Below the pieces are notes generated by a model. The model was given only the letters and a program-made list of their open reading frames with translations. It had not been told where the DNA came from and searched no databases. 64,000 nucleotides of DNA from Myripristis murdjan (taxonomy: Eukaryota): positions 24,924,745-24,988,744 of the forward strand of contig NC_043996.1 in the NCBI RefSeq assembly GCF_902150065.1, written 5' to 3'. Both the position numbers and the translations under genes were made by a program. The number at the start of each line of letters is the position of its first letter. Positions within the stretch are counted from its first letter, which is position 1. This document shows, piece after piece, positions 37,531-47,830 of the stretch.

Positions 37531-37692
37531 CTTTACTTTCCATTTCTTCTTTGGGTGCCTCTTTAGTTTTTGTCTGTCTTTTGCTCTGCCCCCTCTTCCT
37601 CTTAGCAGCCGGCTGCTCCTCCTCTTCCTCTTTAACTTGAACTGGACTCTCATCTTCACGTGATGGGTCACCGCTTCCATTCAAACCTGGAT
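37531..37692 (-). CDS. parp2: parp2 exon 3 (acidic/basic linker, KRKR NLS-like)
   Basis: tandem acceptors ccag|ATCCAG|GT (37692 or 37686), donor AAAG|gtgtgt; DPDPGLNGSGDPSREDESPVQVKEEEEEQPAAKRKRGQSKRQTKTKEAPKEEMESK. Confidence 0.7.
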
Positions 37693-38032
37693 CTGGATCG
37701 AAAAGAGTCAAAAGTAAATAAAATAAAATAAAATAAAATAAAGTAAAATAAAAGACAAAATAAAATAAAATATTGACTACTTTACTTTCAATAAGCTTTT
37801 TAATTAGCAAAGAAAATAATAATAATGATAATAATAATAATAATTATAATAATAATTTAATGTTTAGGTGATAAAAATGTGGATATGAAAATAGTTCACC
37901 TTAAAAAAAAAGTAATAAAATAAATAATAATAATAATAATAACAGTTATAATTGTTGTTATTATTATTAGTAGTAGTAGTAGTGGTAATATTAATATTAT
38001 GTTTGTGAAGCCCCACATCCACCTGTTTTTAC

Positions 38033-38233
38033 TGTCTGACAGCGGATTTTCCTCTGGTATTTGGTGACAGGGTTCTTCTGGACCATCTTCTTCAGGTCGA
38101 TGACGTACGAGGCTCCTGAGCTCAGCGTCACGGTGACGGACGATTTCCCCGTGGAGACGGCCGAGTCCAACGAGGTGCAGGCCGATGGAGAGAACGGCTC
38201 CCACTGGCCCTCGTCTCCCTGCCACTGCCACAC
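38033..38233 (-). CDS. parp2: parp2 exon 2: WWE domain (WQWQGDEGQWEPF...GKSSVTVTLSSGASYVIDLKKMVQKNPVTKYQRKIRCQ)
   Basis: (TC)n polypyrimidine + cag acceptor at 38233 and AG|gtaaaa donor at 38033; 201 nt, symmetric phase 1-1, no stops; matches the WWE consensus of RNF146/PARP11-14 (WxW..G.W..Y ... GKSSVSLSL ... Y.IDF..M.Q.N..T...R.IRR). Confidence 0.7.
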
Positions 38234-38236
38234 TGA

Positions 38237-38253
38237 GGGGGGAGGGGGAGAGG

Positions 38254-38288
<35 letters not shown>

Positions 38289-38302
38289 GGAGAGGGAGAG
38301 AC
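38237..38302. repeat. G/A-rich (GA)n/(GGGA)n tract; on the minus strand it is a polypyrimidine tract feeding the WWE-exon acceptor
   Basis: gggggagggggagagggagagagagagag... Confidence 0.9.
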
Positions 38303-38574
38303 TTAGGCCTGCACACTTTATCAAAGATAAAACTGCAGTCTGTACAACCTGTAGCTCCCCAAACCACGGCTGCTCAAAATGGACTCCTAACTATTGATAT
38401 GATAAATCCGATATTCTGCAGCTGAGACCCAGTTCTGACCTTTAAATTAAATCACACAAAGTAAAAAGAAATACTGCAACTGCATACAAACAGTCAGTTT
38501 TGAGCAGCCACACTACAGTATTTATTTTTAATATGTAAGTCAGTGATATAAGCAGAATCAGAAAAACTTGATTG

Positions 38575-38678
38575 TTGCCTGTGGGGAAACTGGGTCAGCT
38601 GCTCAAATTCTCACAAAGAGAAATAGATTCTAAGACATACAAAAAGAAATAAGAAATATAAAGTCATGTGCCTTAAAA

Positions 38679-38721
<43 letters not shown>

Positions 38722-38810
38722 TGTTAATTATGTGGATTAATGGCACAAAATACTACAACAATAAAAACAGAAGTAAGAAATTAAGCATATGTTAAAAAAA
38801 AAAAAAAAAA
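38575..38810 (+). repeat. interspersed repeat family, copy B (same as 7441-7680), carries a long poly(A) at 38685-38726
   Basis: TGGGGAAACTGGGTCAGCTGCTCAAATTCTCACAAAGAGAAATAGATTCTAAGACATACAAAAAGAAATAAGAAATATAAAGTCATGTGCCTTAAAAATTTG..AAGAAATTAAGCATATGTTAAAAAA. Confidence 0.65.
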
Positions 38811-39332
38811 ACTCTGCCCACCTTATATTGGATGTTTTTTTTTTCCTTTTATTGCTTTTATAAATGGAATCATGGTCAATACTATTTCGGGGTTTTTTTG
38901 TGACAAGAATGTACCAAAAAGAAATCTTTAAAAATAATATCAATCAATTAAAAATATACAAGGTAAAAGAAGTGAGTTAATTAACTAACAGAGTCCTGAA
39001 AAATAATGCCAATTAATTAACTTATTTTTCATTATCTGACATGACTTTGTAGAAATCTGTTTTCACTTTGCATTTAAAAAGTTTTTTGGTATATTCTTGT
39101 CAAAAAAAGCCAAATTATATTGAGCATGATTCCTTTATAAAAGCAAGAAAAGGGGAAAACATCCAAGCCGGTGAATGTCTTAATGTTAGTAGACAAGGAA
39201 CTATTTAAAACCTGAGGAGTTTATTTTATTTTATTTTTTTAATTTTACTTGATTTTGAAAAGTGCTCTATAAATGAAGACTTTTATTATTATGACTACAC
39301 ACTCGATTTCAGTCTAACCCCCCCTCACCCAT

Positions 39333-39334
<2 letters not shown>

Positions 39335-39400
<66 letters not shown>
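39335..39400. repeat. (CA)n microsatellite in parp2 intron 1
   Basis: acacac x33, followed by (CACT)n. Confidence 0.9.
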
Positions 39401-39402
<2 letters not shown>

Positions 39403-39719
39403 ATCCACTCACTCACTCACTCACACACACATAGGATTTCCATTGAGACTCAGTTAGTTGAGGGGCGGGCACGAACAGGTTCCACTTTCGATGACAGAGT
39501 TAGCATGTAGCAGGCCTGAATACACACACAGAGGGTTGTTTGTTTGCTGAAACCTTGTCAACAGCAGCATCAGCAGCAGCAGCACCGGAGCGCGGCAGTG
39601 TGTGCACACCGCAGACGGCGCTCCTCTGCCCGGACACGTCCAGCCGGCCGTGCCGCTGTCTCTCCCGTCGGGCTGCTTTACCTGCGATAAAAGCAACAAC
39701 AACAACAAACAAACACCGA

Positions 39720-39795
39720 CCTGTTTTTGACGGCACATCTCCGCTCTCTACCGCACTCTCTGCTTTACTCCTCGACCCTCTTGTTCGCCGCATCA
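39720..39795 (-). CDS. parp2: poly(ADP-ribose) polymerase 2, exon 1 with ATG (basic N-terminus MMRRTRGSRSKAESAVESGDVPSKT)
   Basis: ATG at 39793-39795 (minus); donor ACAG|gtcggt, phase 1; upstream is GC-rich promoter-like sequence. Confidence 0.7.
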
Positions 39796-41200
39796 TGTAA
39801 ACAAAACAACAAACAAAAGTAAAAAAGACAAGGAAGTGACCAGGAAGAGGCGGGAAACTGTCCCGGCAGCTTCTGTCAAGCGGCGCCACTAAAGATCGTC
39901 TATTGACCTGATGGCTCACTCGACGGCTAAAAATGTTGACCATCACGTTGACCCTCACGCATGCCGTTACCATAGCAACCAATCTGGTACAGACCTTAAA
40001 TAAGGCGCCTTGATTTAAAAAAAGAAAGAAAGGAAGAAAGAAGGAAAAAGAAACAAGCAAACAAACATGCTCAGTAGTTTGTGTTTATGTGTAATTTTGT
40101 CCACATACTTTCCCCCCTTTATTTGTGTAAATTCAAGTCAACTACATGAAGTAAACATGTTACATACACCAGAAAGGTTCCTATTCATATACCTCAGCAT
40201 AAAAATGATAAAAAAATAAATAAATAAAAATGAGTTACAATGAACAATAAACTGCAAAATCTATGGAAAAGAGAAGAAGAAAGAAAGAAAGAAAGAAAGA
40301 AAAAGAAAGAAAGAAAACAAATTAGGGTCTGCTAACTGGACTAAATTTGAAATGTCATAGTAATCTCACAGTTTTTGCCAATTTGTGATTTCTAAGTTTT
40401 AAATTTTCAGTTGTGCATAGGCAGAGTTTGAAATTTGCGCTGGGGGGGGCAAACATTTTTTTTTATTATTATTTTATTTATTACAATACCAAACATAATG
40501 TAATTCAAATTTATTTCTGAAAATAATCTTATTTTATTGCATTGCTTAAATGTTTATAGATATGTATACAGGAAAAAAAAAATATTGGACCTATTTTTGA
40601 CTCAGTGTAGTGACACATTTCAGACGCTAGGGGGGGCAATGCCCCCCCCCGCAAACTCCGCCTATGCAGTTGTGGTCAAACGTGTTTTAAAATCAGAATC
40701 TTGAAAAACATAAAAGGAGTACTTTATATGTTTCTTGCTAAATCATATCATGGATATAATATATAGCTAAAACAATAAACATCTGCCGAAAGAAACGGGA
40801 TTGTCAAACATGATCAAAATATTTAGCCGTGTCAGCATTAAATCTTCCGTAAATTCTGTGAATCAAACCAAAAAGAAGCACTAGGAGACCAACCTACACA
40901 AACGTGTTCAATGAAATGTTGCTTTAACAGGATAGTCCCTCGCCTACATACTGTGACGATATCACTCCGCAACATCAGCGCATCAGTCTGGTTCGACGGG
41001 ACCCGGAAACAGAGGCGGAGTGAGCGCTCTTCACTTCATTAGGTGGAACAGAACTTTTTTTTTTTAACGAAGGTTCCGTCTTGTCTGGAGGTCGGAGTTA
41101 TTTTGTTGGAGGACCAGTTGAAGCCCAGCGTGCGGGGTTGGAAGTTGTGCGGGCTGAGCGGCGGGTGTTCCAGCTGTTTTAACGCAAGAAATCAGGAGAT
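39796..41200. promoter_or_regulatory. divergent (bidirectional) promoter region between parp2 (-) and mettl17 (+)
   Basis: The two start codons are 1.4 kb apart in head-to-head orientation; GC-rich segments 39540-39700 and 40930-41200; inference from gene arrangement only. Confidence 0.4.
40403..40680. mobile_element. inverted-repeat (MITE-like) element in the parp2/mettl17 intergenic region
   Basis: CAGTTGTGCATAGGCAGAGTTTGAAATTTGCGCTGGGGGGGGC at the 5' end vs GGGGGGGGCAATGCCCCCCCCCGCAAACTCCGCCTATGCAGTTGTGG at the 3' end (reverse complements over ~35 bp); AT-rich interior. Confidence 0.5.
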
Positions 41201-41269
41201 ATGGCGACACGGACCTTTGGCGCGTGTGTCCTGTGTCAGCGAGCCGTCGTGCTGAGGATGACGTGCAGG
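41201..41269 (+). CDS. mettl17: METTL17 / Rsm22-family mitochondrial methyltransferase, exon 1 with ATG
   Basis: ATG 41201; MATRTFGACVLCQRAVVLRMTCR (presequence-like); donor CAGG|gtgagc. Confidence 0.7.
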
Positions 41270-42663
41270 GTGAGCTCACTTTAAATCGTTTTTATTTTGG
41301 AGCGTCATTGAAGAGGTCACACTGTTTTCAGACGAACTGTCCCTTTAAATCCCCTGTCCAGACTTGTAACCCCCTCCTGTTGTCTTTGGGTTCAATCTGA
41401 CCCCATTCAGCGTCTCTAAATACATCATTAATATGTTTTTTTATTCCTCCATGTGTAATGGCTTCTCCTAAGTTAATTGGGACAACTGGGTCAACATTAA
41501 ATCACCATGGTGACCTGTTTTCAATGGCTTGTACCCATTTCATCAAGATCAGTATAAAATCAGTATAAAACAGAAATATCAGCGTTTTACACGCATTGCT
41601 TTAGTTGTTTTGGACACTGATGAACTATGACATGCCATTTATAATCTTCAAAAAACTTACCTCTGCCTTAATCTAACATAATCACTCCTGTAGGAACATA
41701 ACCACACCTGTAGTTAAGGTGGGAGGTGGGGGTGAGGGGGTTTAGCTAGTCAACAAGAAACATAACGTTGGGTAACAATTTTTATTATAATAATTTTCTG
41801 GAGTTTTAAATTACTGGGGTCAAATTGGCCCCAGTTGATAAAACCTGTGAGTAAATATGAAGGTAACAGGAGGGTCAATGACACGGTGTAGTCACTTGAT
41901 AGGAAGTTCTGTGTATTAGTATTCAGTGCTGGAAAGAGTACTACAAATTGCTAGTCAAGTAGAAGTACTGCTACTCTGCTGATGTTTGACTGCAGCAGAA
42001 GCACAAAGTAAAAAGTGTCTGATTTAAAATGTCCTGGCAGTGAAAGTTATTATCTGTGATCTTTTCCATGCAGTTAGAAAACTCATTAAAATATTTTAAA
42101 GGTGCATTGCGTGAAATTGCAGAGTGAGGACCGTGTAGACTCAACCGGCAAACAATAAGCACATAATACAGTGGTTGAGTCTACACGGTTCTCCTCGTCA
42201 GGTAAACTCACTGCTGTTATTCTTCTTTTTAATCTACAGTTTTGCCAGCCGAGTCTAAATGGTAATTTGTAGTTTTACACTGTGCAGCCTTTATTGTGAA
42301 ATCTGGGAATGACAAAAAGCAGAACCAGGTTGTTCTCATCTTTGTTGACTGAGCCTTTTATTGTGAAAGGCTCCACAATCTGCCATTGATCACCTGTTCT
42401 CTGTAATGGATGTGATTTACAATGTAGTGAAGAACAGTACTCAAGCAAAAAATGCACTTAAATAAAAGTAAAACTACTGACTGAAAAAATAAACAAAAAA
42501 GTACACAAAAAGGCTACTCACTCACAGTAATATGAGTAAAAGTAATTAATGCCTTCCACCTCATTGCATTGCTTGGATGACAGACTAAAGGTTATGCATT
42601 TTGGGTTAATCAGGTAATAATGGAGTGCTATTATTATTATTATTTTTTGCTGCTTATTCTCAG

Positions 42664-42805
42664 GGAATGAGTGCAGCAGCACAGCCACAGTCCCAGGCTG
42701 ATTTCTTAAACGGAGCGCCGCACAGGAAGCACCCAGGGGCGACCAACCTGAAGACACTGCGCTTACCCGAGGAGCTGCAGAGAGCCGCCCAGGCCATCGT
42801 TCACA
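42664..42805 (+). CDS. mettl17: mettl17 exon 2
   Basis: tctcag|GGA..CACA|gtaagt; GMSAAAQPQSQADFLNGAPHRKHPGATNLKTLRLPEELQRAAQAIVH. Confidence 0.75.
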
Positions 42806-42955
42806 GTAAGTCAGCCACACAGCCACAGCTCATGTCTCAAAGTCTTCACATTCATTTGAGAAGGTCCTGAAACGCTTTTGGTGCTGTGTGCTTTTTTTTG
42901 TGATTGTGCTGATTTGATGTGAGAGTGTGCTTCTTCATTCTCGGTGGCCTTTAAG

Positions 42956-43105
42956 GAGCCCAGGTGCCGAAGCTGACGGCGCGAGCCCACAGCCTCAGAA
43001 ACTTCCTGTGGAGCCGGAAAAGAGCAGCCGAGGACGAGACGCTGAGGCAGAAAGCCAGGAACCTGGAGAAAGCTCTGTGGGAAAAAGCCCGAGAGAAAGG
43101 AGGAG
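42956..43105 (+). CDS. mettl17: mettl17 exon 3
   Basis: ttaag|GA..GGAG|gtaggt; RAQVPKLTARAHSLRNFLWSRKRAAEDETLRQKARNLEKALWEKAREKG. Confidence 0.75.
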
Positions 43106-43244
43106 GTAGGTGACATGTAAAATAAAATAAAATTTAAAAAAAGATCCAAATATAATAGATTATACAGTAATTAGAAATAGATTATTTTATGCAAGGATTT
43201 GCCACTGATGTGTTTATTCTAAAAACGCGTGCTCCGTATTGCAG

Positions 43245-43332
43245 ATATAGACGAGCAGCTGCTGGATATCCGCATTAAGAAGAAAGTGCTGTCAGAGCTC
43301 AAAAGAACGACATATCACTGGACTCCCATAAA
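43245..43332 (+). CDS. mettl17: mettl17 exon 4
   Basis: ttgcag|AT..ATAAA|gtaact; DIDEQLLDIRIKKKVLSELKRTTYHWTPI. Confidence 0.75.
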
Positions 43333-43710
43333 GTAACTCTACTGCTGTTTTTTTTAAATGGATAATAGCTATAAATTTAGCTGGCCTTTTAACATTTTAG
43401 TATTTTATTGTTGGTATATTGCTGTAAGATCTCCAAGAGCCAAATTTCCTCGCCCAGCTCAAAATACAGTCCTGTTGTATCCACCTATGCACAAACCTTC
43501 ATTTTATTAACATTTTGTCTCCATAAACTAGACATTCACAGTTTTTAAGTACTGACAATCACAATAAAATGCAATAAAACAAAGCTTGTGGTTGATTTAA
43601 TAGTTTGAAATATTGAGGATTCACACTCTGGGCCGTGTGACTGAGGATTTGTCCTTTTTCATAGCCGCCGCATTGATGAATATGTGTTGTCCCCTCTCTG
43701 TGTATCTCAG

Positions 43711-43792
43711 GTACGACGAAGAGCTGGGTGTGATTTACATGGTGGCTCGTCTGGCTGGAGGTTACGCTGCCGTGAGGCGAGCTCTCAACGAG
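43711..43792 (+). CDS. mettl17: mettl17 exon 5 (Rsm22 domain)
   Basis: tctcag|G TAC..GAG|gtgggg; KYDEELGVIYMVARLAGGYAAVRRALNE. Confidence 0.8.
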
Positions 43793-44511
43793 GTGGGGAT
43801 CACAGTCCTTCACTCTCCGCCGATCAAACTTTTGGCAGGAAAAGTCGGTTTGACTCGACTGGGCCAGACGCATGACACGCACATCTGACAGGAAAAGGGA
43901 GAGGACTGTAGTTTGTGCTGCGTTTAGTGACGTAGGAGAATTAGTTGGGGTGACTTTATGGCTCAAAAATAAAAATAATGATCATGATTGCACCCATTAA
44001 ACTGGTGCATTCATACATTACACACCTTTTACCCTCTACTCATTCCCTTTTAACGGTTTTATTCCTTGAAAAGTCAAAAACTGTGCCCTCAGAATGATTT
44101 TGTGATGATGATAATAACAGTATAATAACAACAACAACAACAGTTATAATAATAATATTTTATTTACATAGTACCTTTCATACAGGGGGTGTAGCAAAGT
44201 GTTTTACAATAAAGTGAAAAAACAAGAGAATAAGATAAAACCAGGCAATTTAAAACAAGTGCCAAGCAGTCAATTGAATAACAAACAACAGAGGCAGCAA
44301 AAGAACAAATATCAGTAAGAAATACAATAAAATTATAGTGACTTGACCTTAAGAGGGAATTTATTTGTATATTCTCATCAGAAGAAAACATGTTGGGGGA
44401 GCACCACAGACTAATTTAGCCATAACGGATTTTCATCATTTTTTTTTTTTTTTTTTTTTTGACCTCTGGTGTGTTTTCATGCCTGATCTTCTCTCTGCTG
44501 TGTGTCTGCAG

Positions 44512-44585
44512 ATAAAGAAGAGAGATCCGTCCTTCGCTCCTCAGTCTCTCCTGGATTTTGGTTCGGGGTTAGGAACGGTGGTCTG
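44512..44585 (+). CDS. mettl17: mettl17 exon 6 (SAM-binding motif I DFGSGLG)
   Basis: ctgcag|ATA..GTCTG|gtcagt; [24 protein letters not shown]. Confidence 0.8.
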
Positions 44586-44670
44586 GTCAGTGTCCACATG
44601 AGCGTCAGCGGTGTCTTTATCTGTCCTGTATGACGGCACGTCCAGTCTTTACTCTGTTTTCTCTCCCCAG

Positions 44671-44765
44671 GGCTTCACACTCGTGCTGGGGGGACAGTTT
44701 GAAGGAGATGGTGTGTGTGGACAGCTCGGGGCCCATGAACACCCTGGCAGAGCAGCTTCTCAAAG
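44671..44765 (+). CDS. mettl17: mettl17 exon 7
   Basis: ccccag|G GCT..AAAG|gcacag (GC donor, inferred from frame); [33 protein letters not shown]. Confidence 0.6.
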
Positions 44766-44907
44766 GCACAGACAAACTTTAGTTCATTTACTGTAACACC
44801 TCCAGTTAACAACAAACCTCCCTTTATCAGTTATTGTGCCATACTTTACAAGATATAATAGATTTTACGTGAAAATCTGAGATTGTTCATTTTTTTGTGT
44901 TGAGCAG

Positions 44908-44978
44908 GCGACGACGAAAAAGCCGAACCTCACATCAAGCAAGTCTATTTCCGACAGTTCCTCCCTGTTTCGCCCAAG
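44908..44978 (+). CDS. mettl17: mettl17 exon 8
   Basis: gagcag|GC..AAG|gtgagc; GDDEKAEPHIKQVYFRQFLPVSPK. Confidence 0.75.
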
Positions 44979-45294
44979 GTGAGCTATTAGCAGAAAACCT
45001 GACTCTATATTCATTCGTAATAAACATAATTAAACAGAAATAATAAACAGAAATAATAAATAAACCGGTTTTTATCGCATGTTGCTTCAAAGAAACCACC
45101 AGCTGAAAATTTCTTTTGCTGTGTGGATAGGTGAACTTTGATTTCCAAAAATGATTCAAAGCCAAATACTCCCATCAATACACAACAAAAAAAAGCTTCC
45201 CTTTAAGAAATTGTCTGCATGCATGCATGGAGCGGCGATTATTGATAAGTTTTGCGTAGTGAAAGCCATGACAAGGCCTCGTGTCCCCCTCCAG

Positions 45295-45402
45295 GTGCAG
45301 TTTGACGTAGTGGTCGGGGCGTTTTCCCTCTCAGAACTGCCCAGTAAGAAGGAGCGAGATGAGATCCTGTTCACTCTGTGGAGAAAGACCAGCTCATATC
45401 TG
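45295..45402 (+). CDS. mettl17: mettl17 exon 9
   Basis: ctccag|GTG..CTG|gttggt; VQFDVVVGAFSLSELPSKKERDEILFTLWRKTSSYL. Confidence 0.8.
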
Positions 45403-45792
45403 GTTGGTTGAAATAATCACATCACACCACCTAGTCTGTATAATGTGCATACCTGATGCTGTATTTGCTCTGGCCTTTTGGACTGCACGTGAAATCCCGA
45501 TCTTGCTTCAAGTGCAAGTCTGAACTGTGACTCTGTGAGTTTATAATGTGTGCTCGAAACCATTTTCTTGCACATAAATGAATGAATTTTATTTATTTTT
45601 TGTGTATTGTCTTGCAACCCAACTCTTACTGGATTATAAGACACCATTTACACCATTAAGACAGCATTTAAACAATATTTGTATCGCTAAAGCTGAGATA
45701 AATATATCACGAAAATGTTCTCTGTCTGCAAATCCCATGTTTTCTCTCGATAATCAGCGACTGCAAAAACTTTTCATTTCATGTTGTTGTAG

Positions 45793-45861
45793 GTGTTGGT
45801 TGAAAATGGGACCAAAGAAGGCCATCAGATGCTTATGGAGGCCAGAGACATTTTATTAACG
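45793..45861 (+). CDS. mettl17: mettl17 exon 10
   Basis: ttgtag|GTG..ACG|gtactg; VLVENGTKEGHQMLMEARDILLT. Confidence 0.8.
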
Positions 45862-45961
45862 GTACTGCGTTCAAATACTTTGTGTGAGTGTTCCTGATGT
45901 AAAATAATGTCGATGCGGTCATTTGAAGCAGACTGATGGTATTCTCTCTCTCTCTCTGCAG

Positions 45962-46012
45962 AAGAAAGAGAAGTTCCTCTTTGACACCAGAGCAGCATCA
46001 GTGTTCGCCCCC
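45962..46012 (+). CDS. mettl17: mettl17 exon 11
   Basis: (CT)n + ctgcag|AAG..CCC|gtatgt; KKEKFLFDTRAASVFAP. Confidence 0.75.
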
Positions 46013-46115
46013 GTATGTGTTCACACACCCGCCCTGATGTTAAAACGTCATGTGTTCATTTAATCAGCGGTGTTATGATTACATCCCCTTCTTCTGTTTT
46101 CCGCTGTGTTTGTAG

Positions 46116-46208
46116 TGTCCTCATGAACTGCCGTGTCCCAAGTTGGCCCGTCTGTCCCCGGTGCCCTGCAACTTCCAGCAGCCCTACCACCCTCTGCCGT
46201 TACCTGGG
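46116..46208 (+). CDS. mettl17: mettl17 exon 12 (Cys-rich)
   Basis: ttgtag|TGT..GGG|gtgaga; CPHELPCPKLARLSPVPCNFQQPYHPLPLPG. Confidence 0.8.
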
Positions 46209-46941
46209 GTGAGACAAAACCCTGGAGGATTACATGATGGGTTACTTTTCTGTCTGCGTTCTCTGAGAGGCCAGCTTATTATGAAGGATTATGGAGGATG
46301 TTTTGGAAATATGCCGCTATTTGTCTCCCCTCGTGTCGCTCTCCCTTCCTCCTCCAGGCTCATGTACTTTCTGACATTGTCTGATACATGATTTAGAAAA
46401 AAAAAAGACACCAAAGCACTTCAGCCCGTAGATAAAAGAGGCACAGGTTGAGGTAATAAGTCTATGTGTTGCTCTCCACACACAGCTTTAATTTGCTGAA
46501 GAGGCTTTCATATCTGTGGCGTAACACCAAGATTAATCTACTAATGTGAAAGATTGTATTTTTTTGTTTAACTTTGTTGCTAAGCTCTCAGGCTCCTTCT
46601 TGATTTTCCATTTTCTGTAGGTGGCAGCCTTTTCTTTGTTCAGCCATGGTACCTGTTACTGCTCATGCTAACTACTCAGTTCCTCTTACTCCCTGTGCAC
46701 CAGAGGATTTCTCCCAGGAAAGACGCAACAGACACTGAAAGTTTAGAAAAGCAAATGTTACCGTTGTCATGAACCAGTTATAGGTTAAATAACTGTTTTA
46801 TTATATGCGGCAGTGATAGAGAGTAGCAAACGGAAATGAATTTTCTGAAAATGTCAGAGCTTAATACTCTAACAAACAGATAAATAAAACACTGAATAAC
46901 AGATGCTGCATCAACCTTATTGCTTTTTTTTTTGTCCCCAG

Positions 46942-47138
46942 CGTCCTGATCGACAAATCGAGAAGTTCAGCTACCTGATCCTGGCCCGAACGGATGGAGT
47001 GGAGGCAGAGAAAGGAGGTGTGGACTGGGCCAGGCTGGTGGCACCGGTGCTGAGCAGGTCGAGGCACGTCCACTGCCAGATGTGCTGCCCTAACGGACAG
47101 ATCCAGCAGGTGGTGGTGACTGCCAGAAAACACGGCAG
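46942..47138 (+). CDS. mettl17: mettl17 exon 13 (HVHC..CC Cys/His cluster)
   Basis: ccccag|CGT..GGCAG|gtaaaa; RPDRQIEKFSYLILARTDGVEAEKGGVDWARLVAPVLSRSRHVHCQMCCPNGQIQQVVVTARKHG. Confidence 0.8.
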
Positions 47139-47721
47139 GTAAAAAAAATCACAGACACTGACAGGGATCAGCTGAAATCACCTGAAAGTTTTTCGTGAAC
47201 TCATTTTGTGACTCATAACGTTTCACACCTTTTGAAGCTAATAGCCATAAATCAGGGTATATACTTTTTCATAGAAATAATCCTCCTCATGCGCTTGCGA
47301 TGCCATTTTGTGCACAGATCCAAGCACTGTGTTGAATTTACACTTGCTCCCGCACCCATACAGTGGATCACATTTGCAGTTAATCATTAAGTGCAACAGA
47401 ATTCAAAGTACAAGAAAGTTTTTGAAATATTATCGGCTGAAAAAGTATAACTAGTAGGGCGGGTGAGGCTGATTGATATGAATTTTATTTAGATTTAGTA
47501 CTTGGGAGGTGTTGATTTCAAATTCTGTCTGTGATATTGACATTATTGTTGGCATTATCAGATTAATGTGAATACAAAGAATACAAAAAATATCTTATCT
47601 TGGAAAAATGTCTCATCTACATTAGTGTTAGTGTTGTCTGTGCACCTGTTGATGCACCGCTACATTACTTATGATCATTTCCTTGAATTCTGGTGAATGT
47701 GTTGTATTTTTTTTTTGTCAG

Positions 47722-47830
47722 AGATGTATATCGTTGTGCCCGGAGCAGCGAATGGGGAGATCAGCTGCCAGTCATCCAGCAGCAGGAGGCGGGCGTGCAG
47801 AGTGACCACCCAGAAGAAGGAAAGGAATGA
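47722..47830 (+). CDS. mettl17: mettl17 terminal exon with TGA
   Basis: tgtcag|A GAT..; RDVYRCARSSEWGDQLPVIQQQEAGVQSDHPEEGKE*. Confidence 0.8.

Noticed and set aside
37896-38324. 142-aa ORF overlapping the WWE exon in another frame (SLSLSLS.. from the GA repeat)
   Set aside because: It is a wrong-frame product of the (GA)n microsatellite. The WWE frame is supported by splice sites and domain homology instead.
39500-40060. 186-aa minus-strand ORF spanning the parp2 5' region
   Set aside because: Only its last ~25 codons (MMRRTRGSRSKAESAVESGDVPSKT) coincide with parp2 exon 1, which ends at a GT donor at 39719. The upstream part is GC-rich promoter/5'UTR read in frame by chance.
39796-41200. 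Searched for an RNase P RNA (RPPH1) gene, the usual divergent partner of PARP2 in mammals
   Set aside because: No CR-I/CR-V-like conserved motifs or Pol III type 3 promoter elements were seen by eye. A covariance-model search is needed to be sure.
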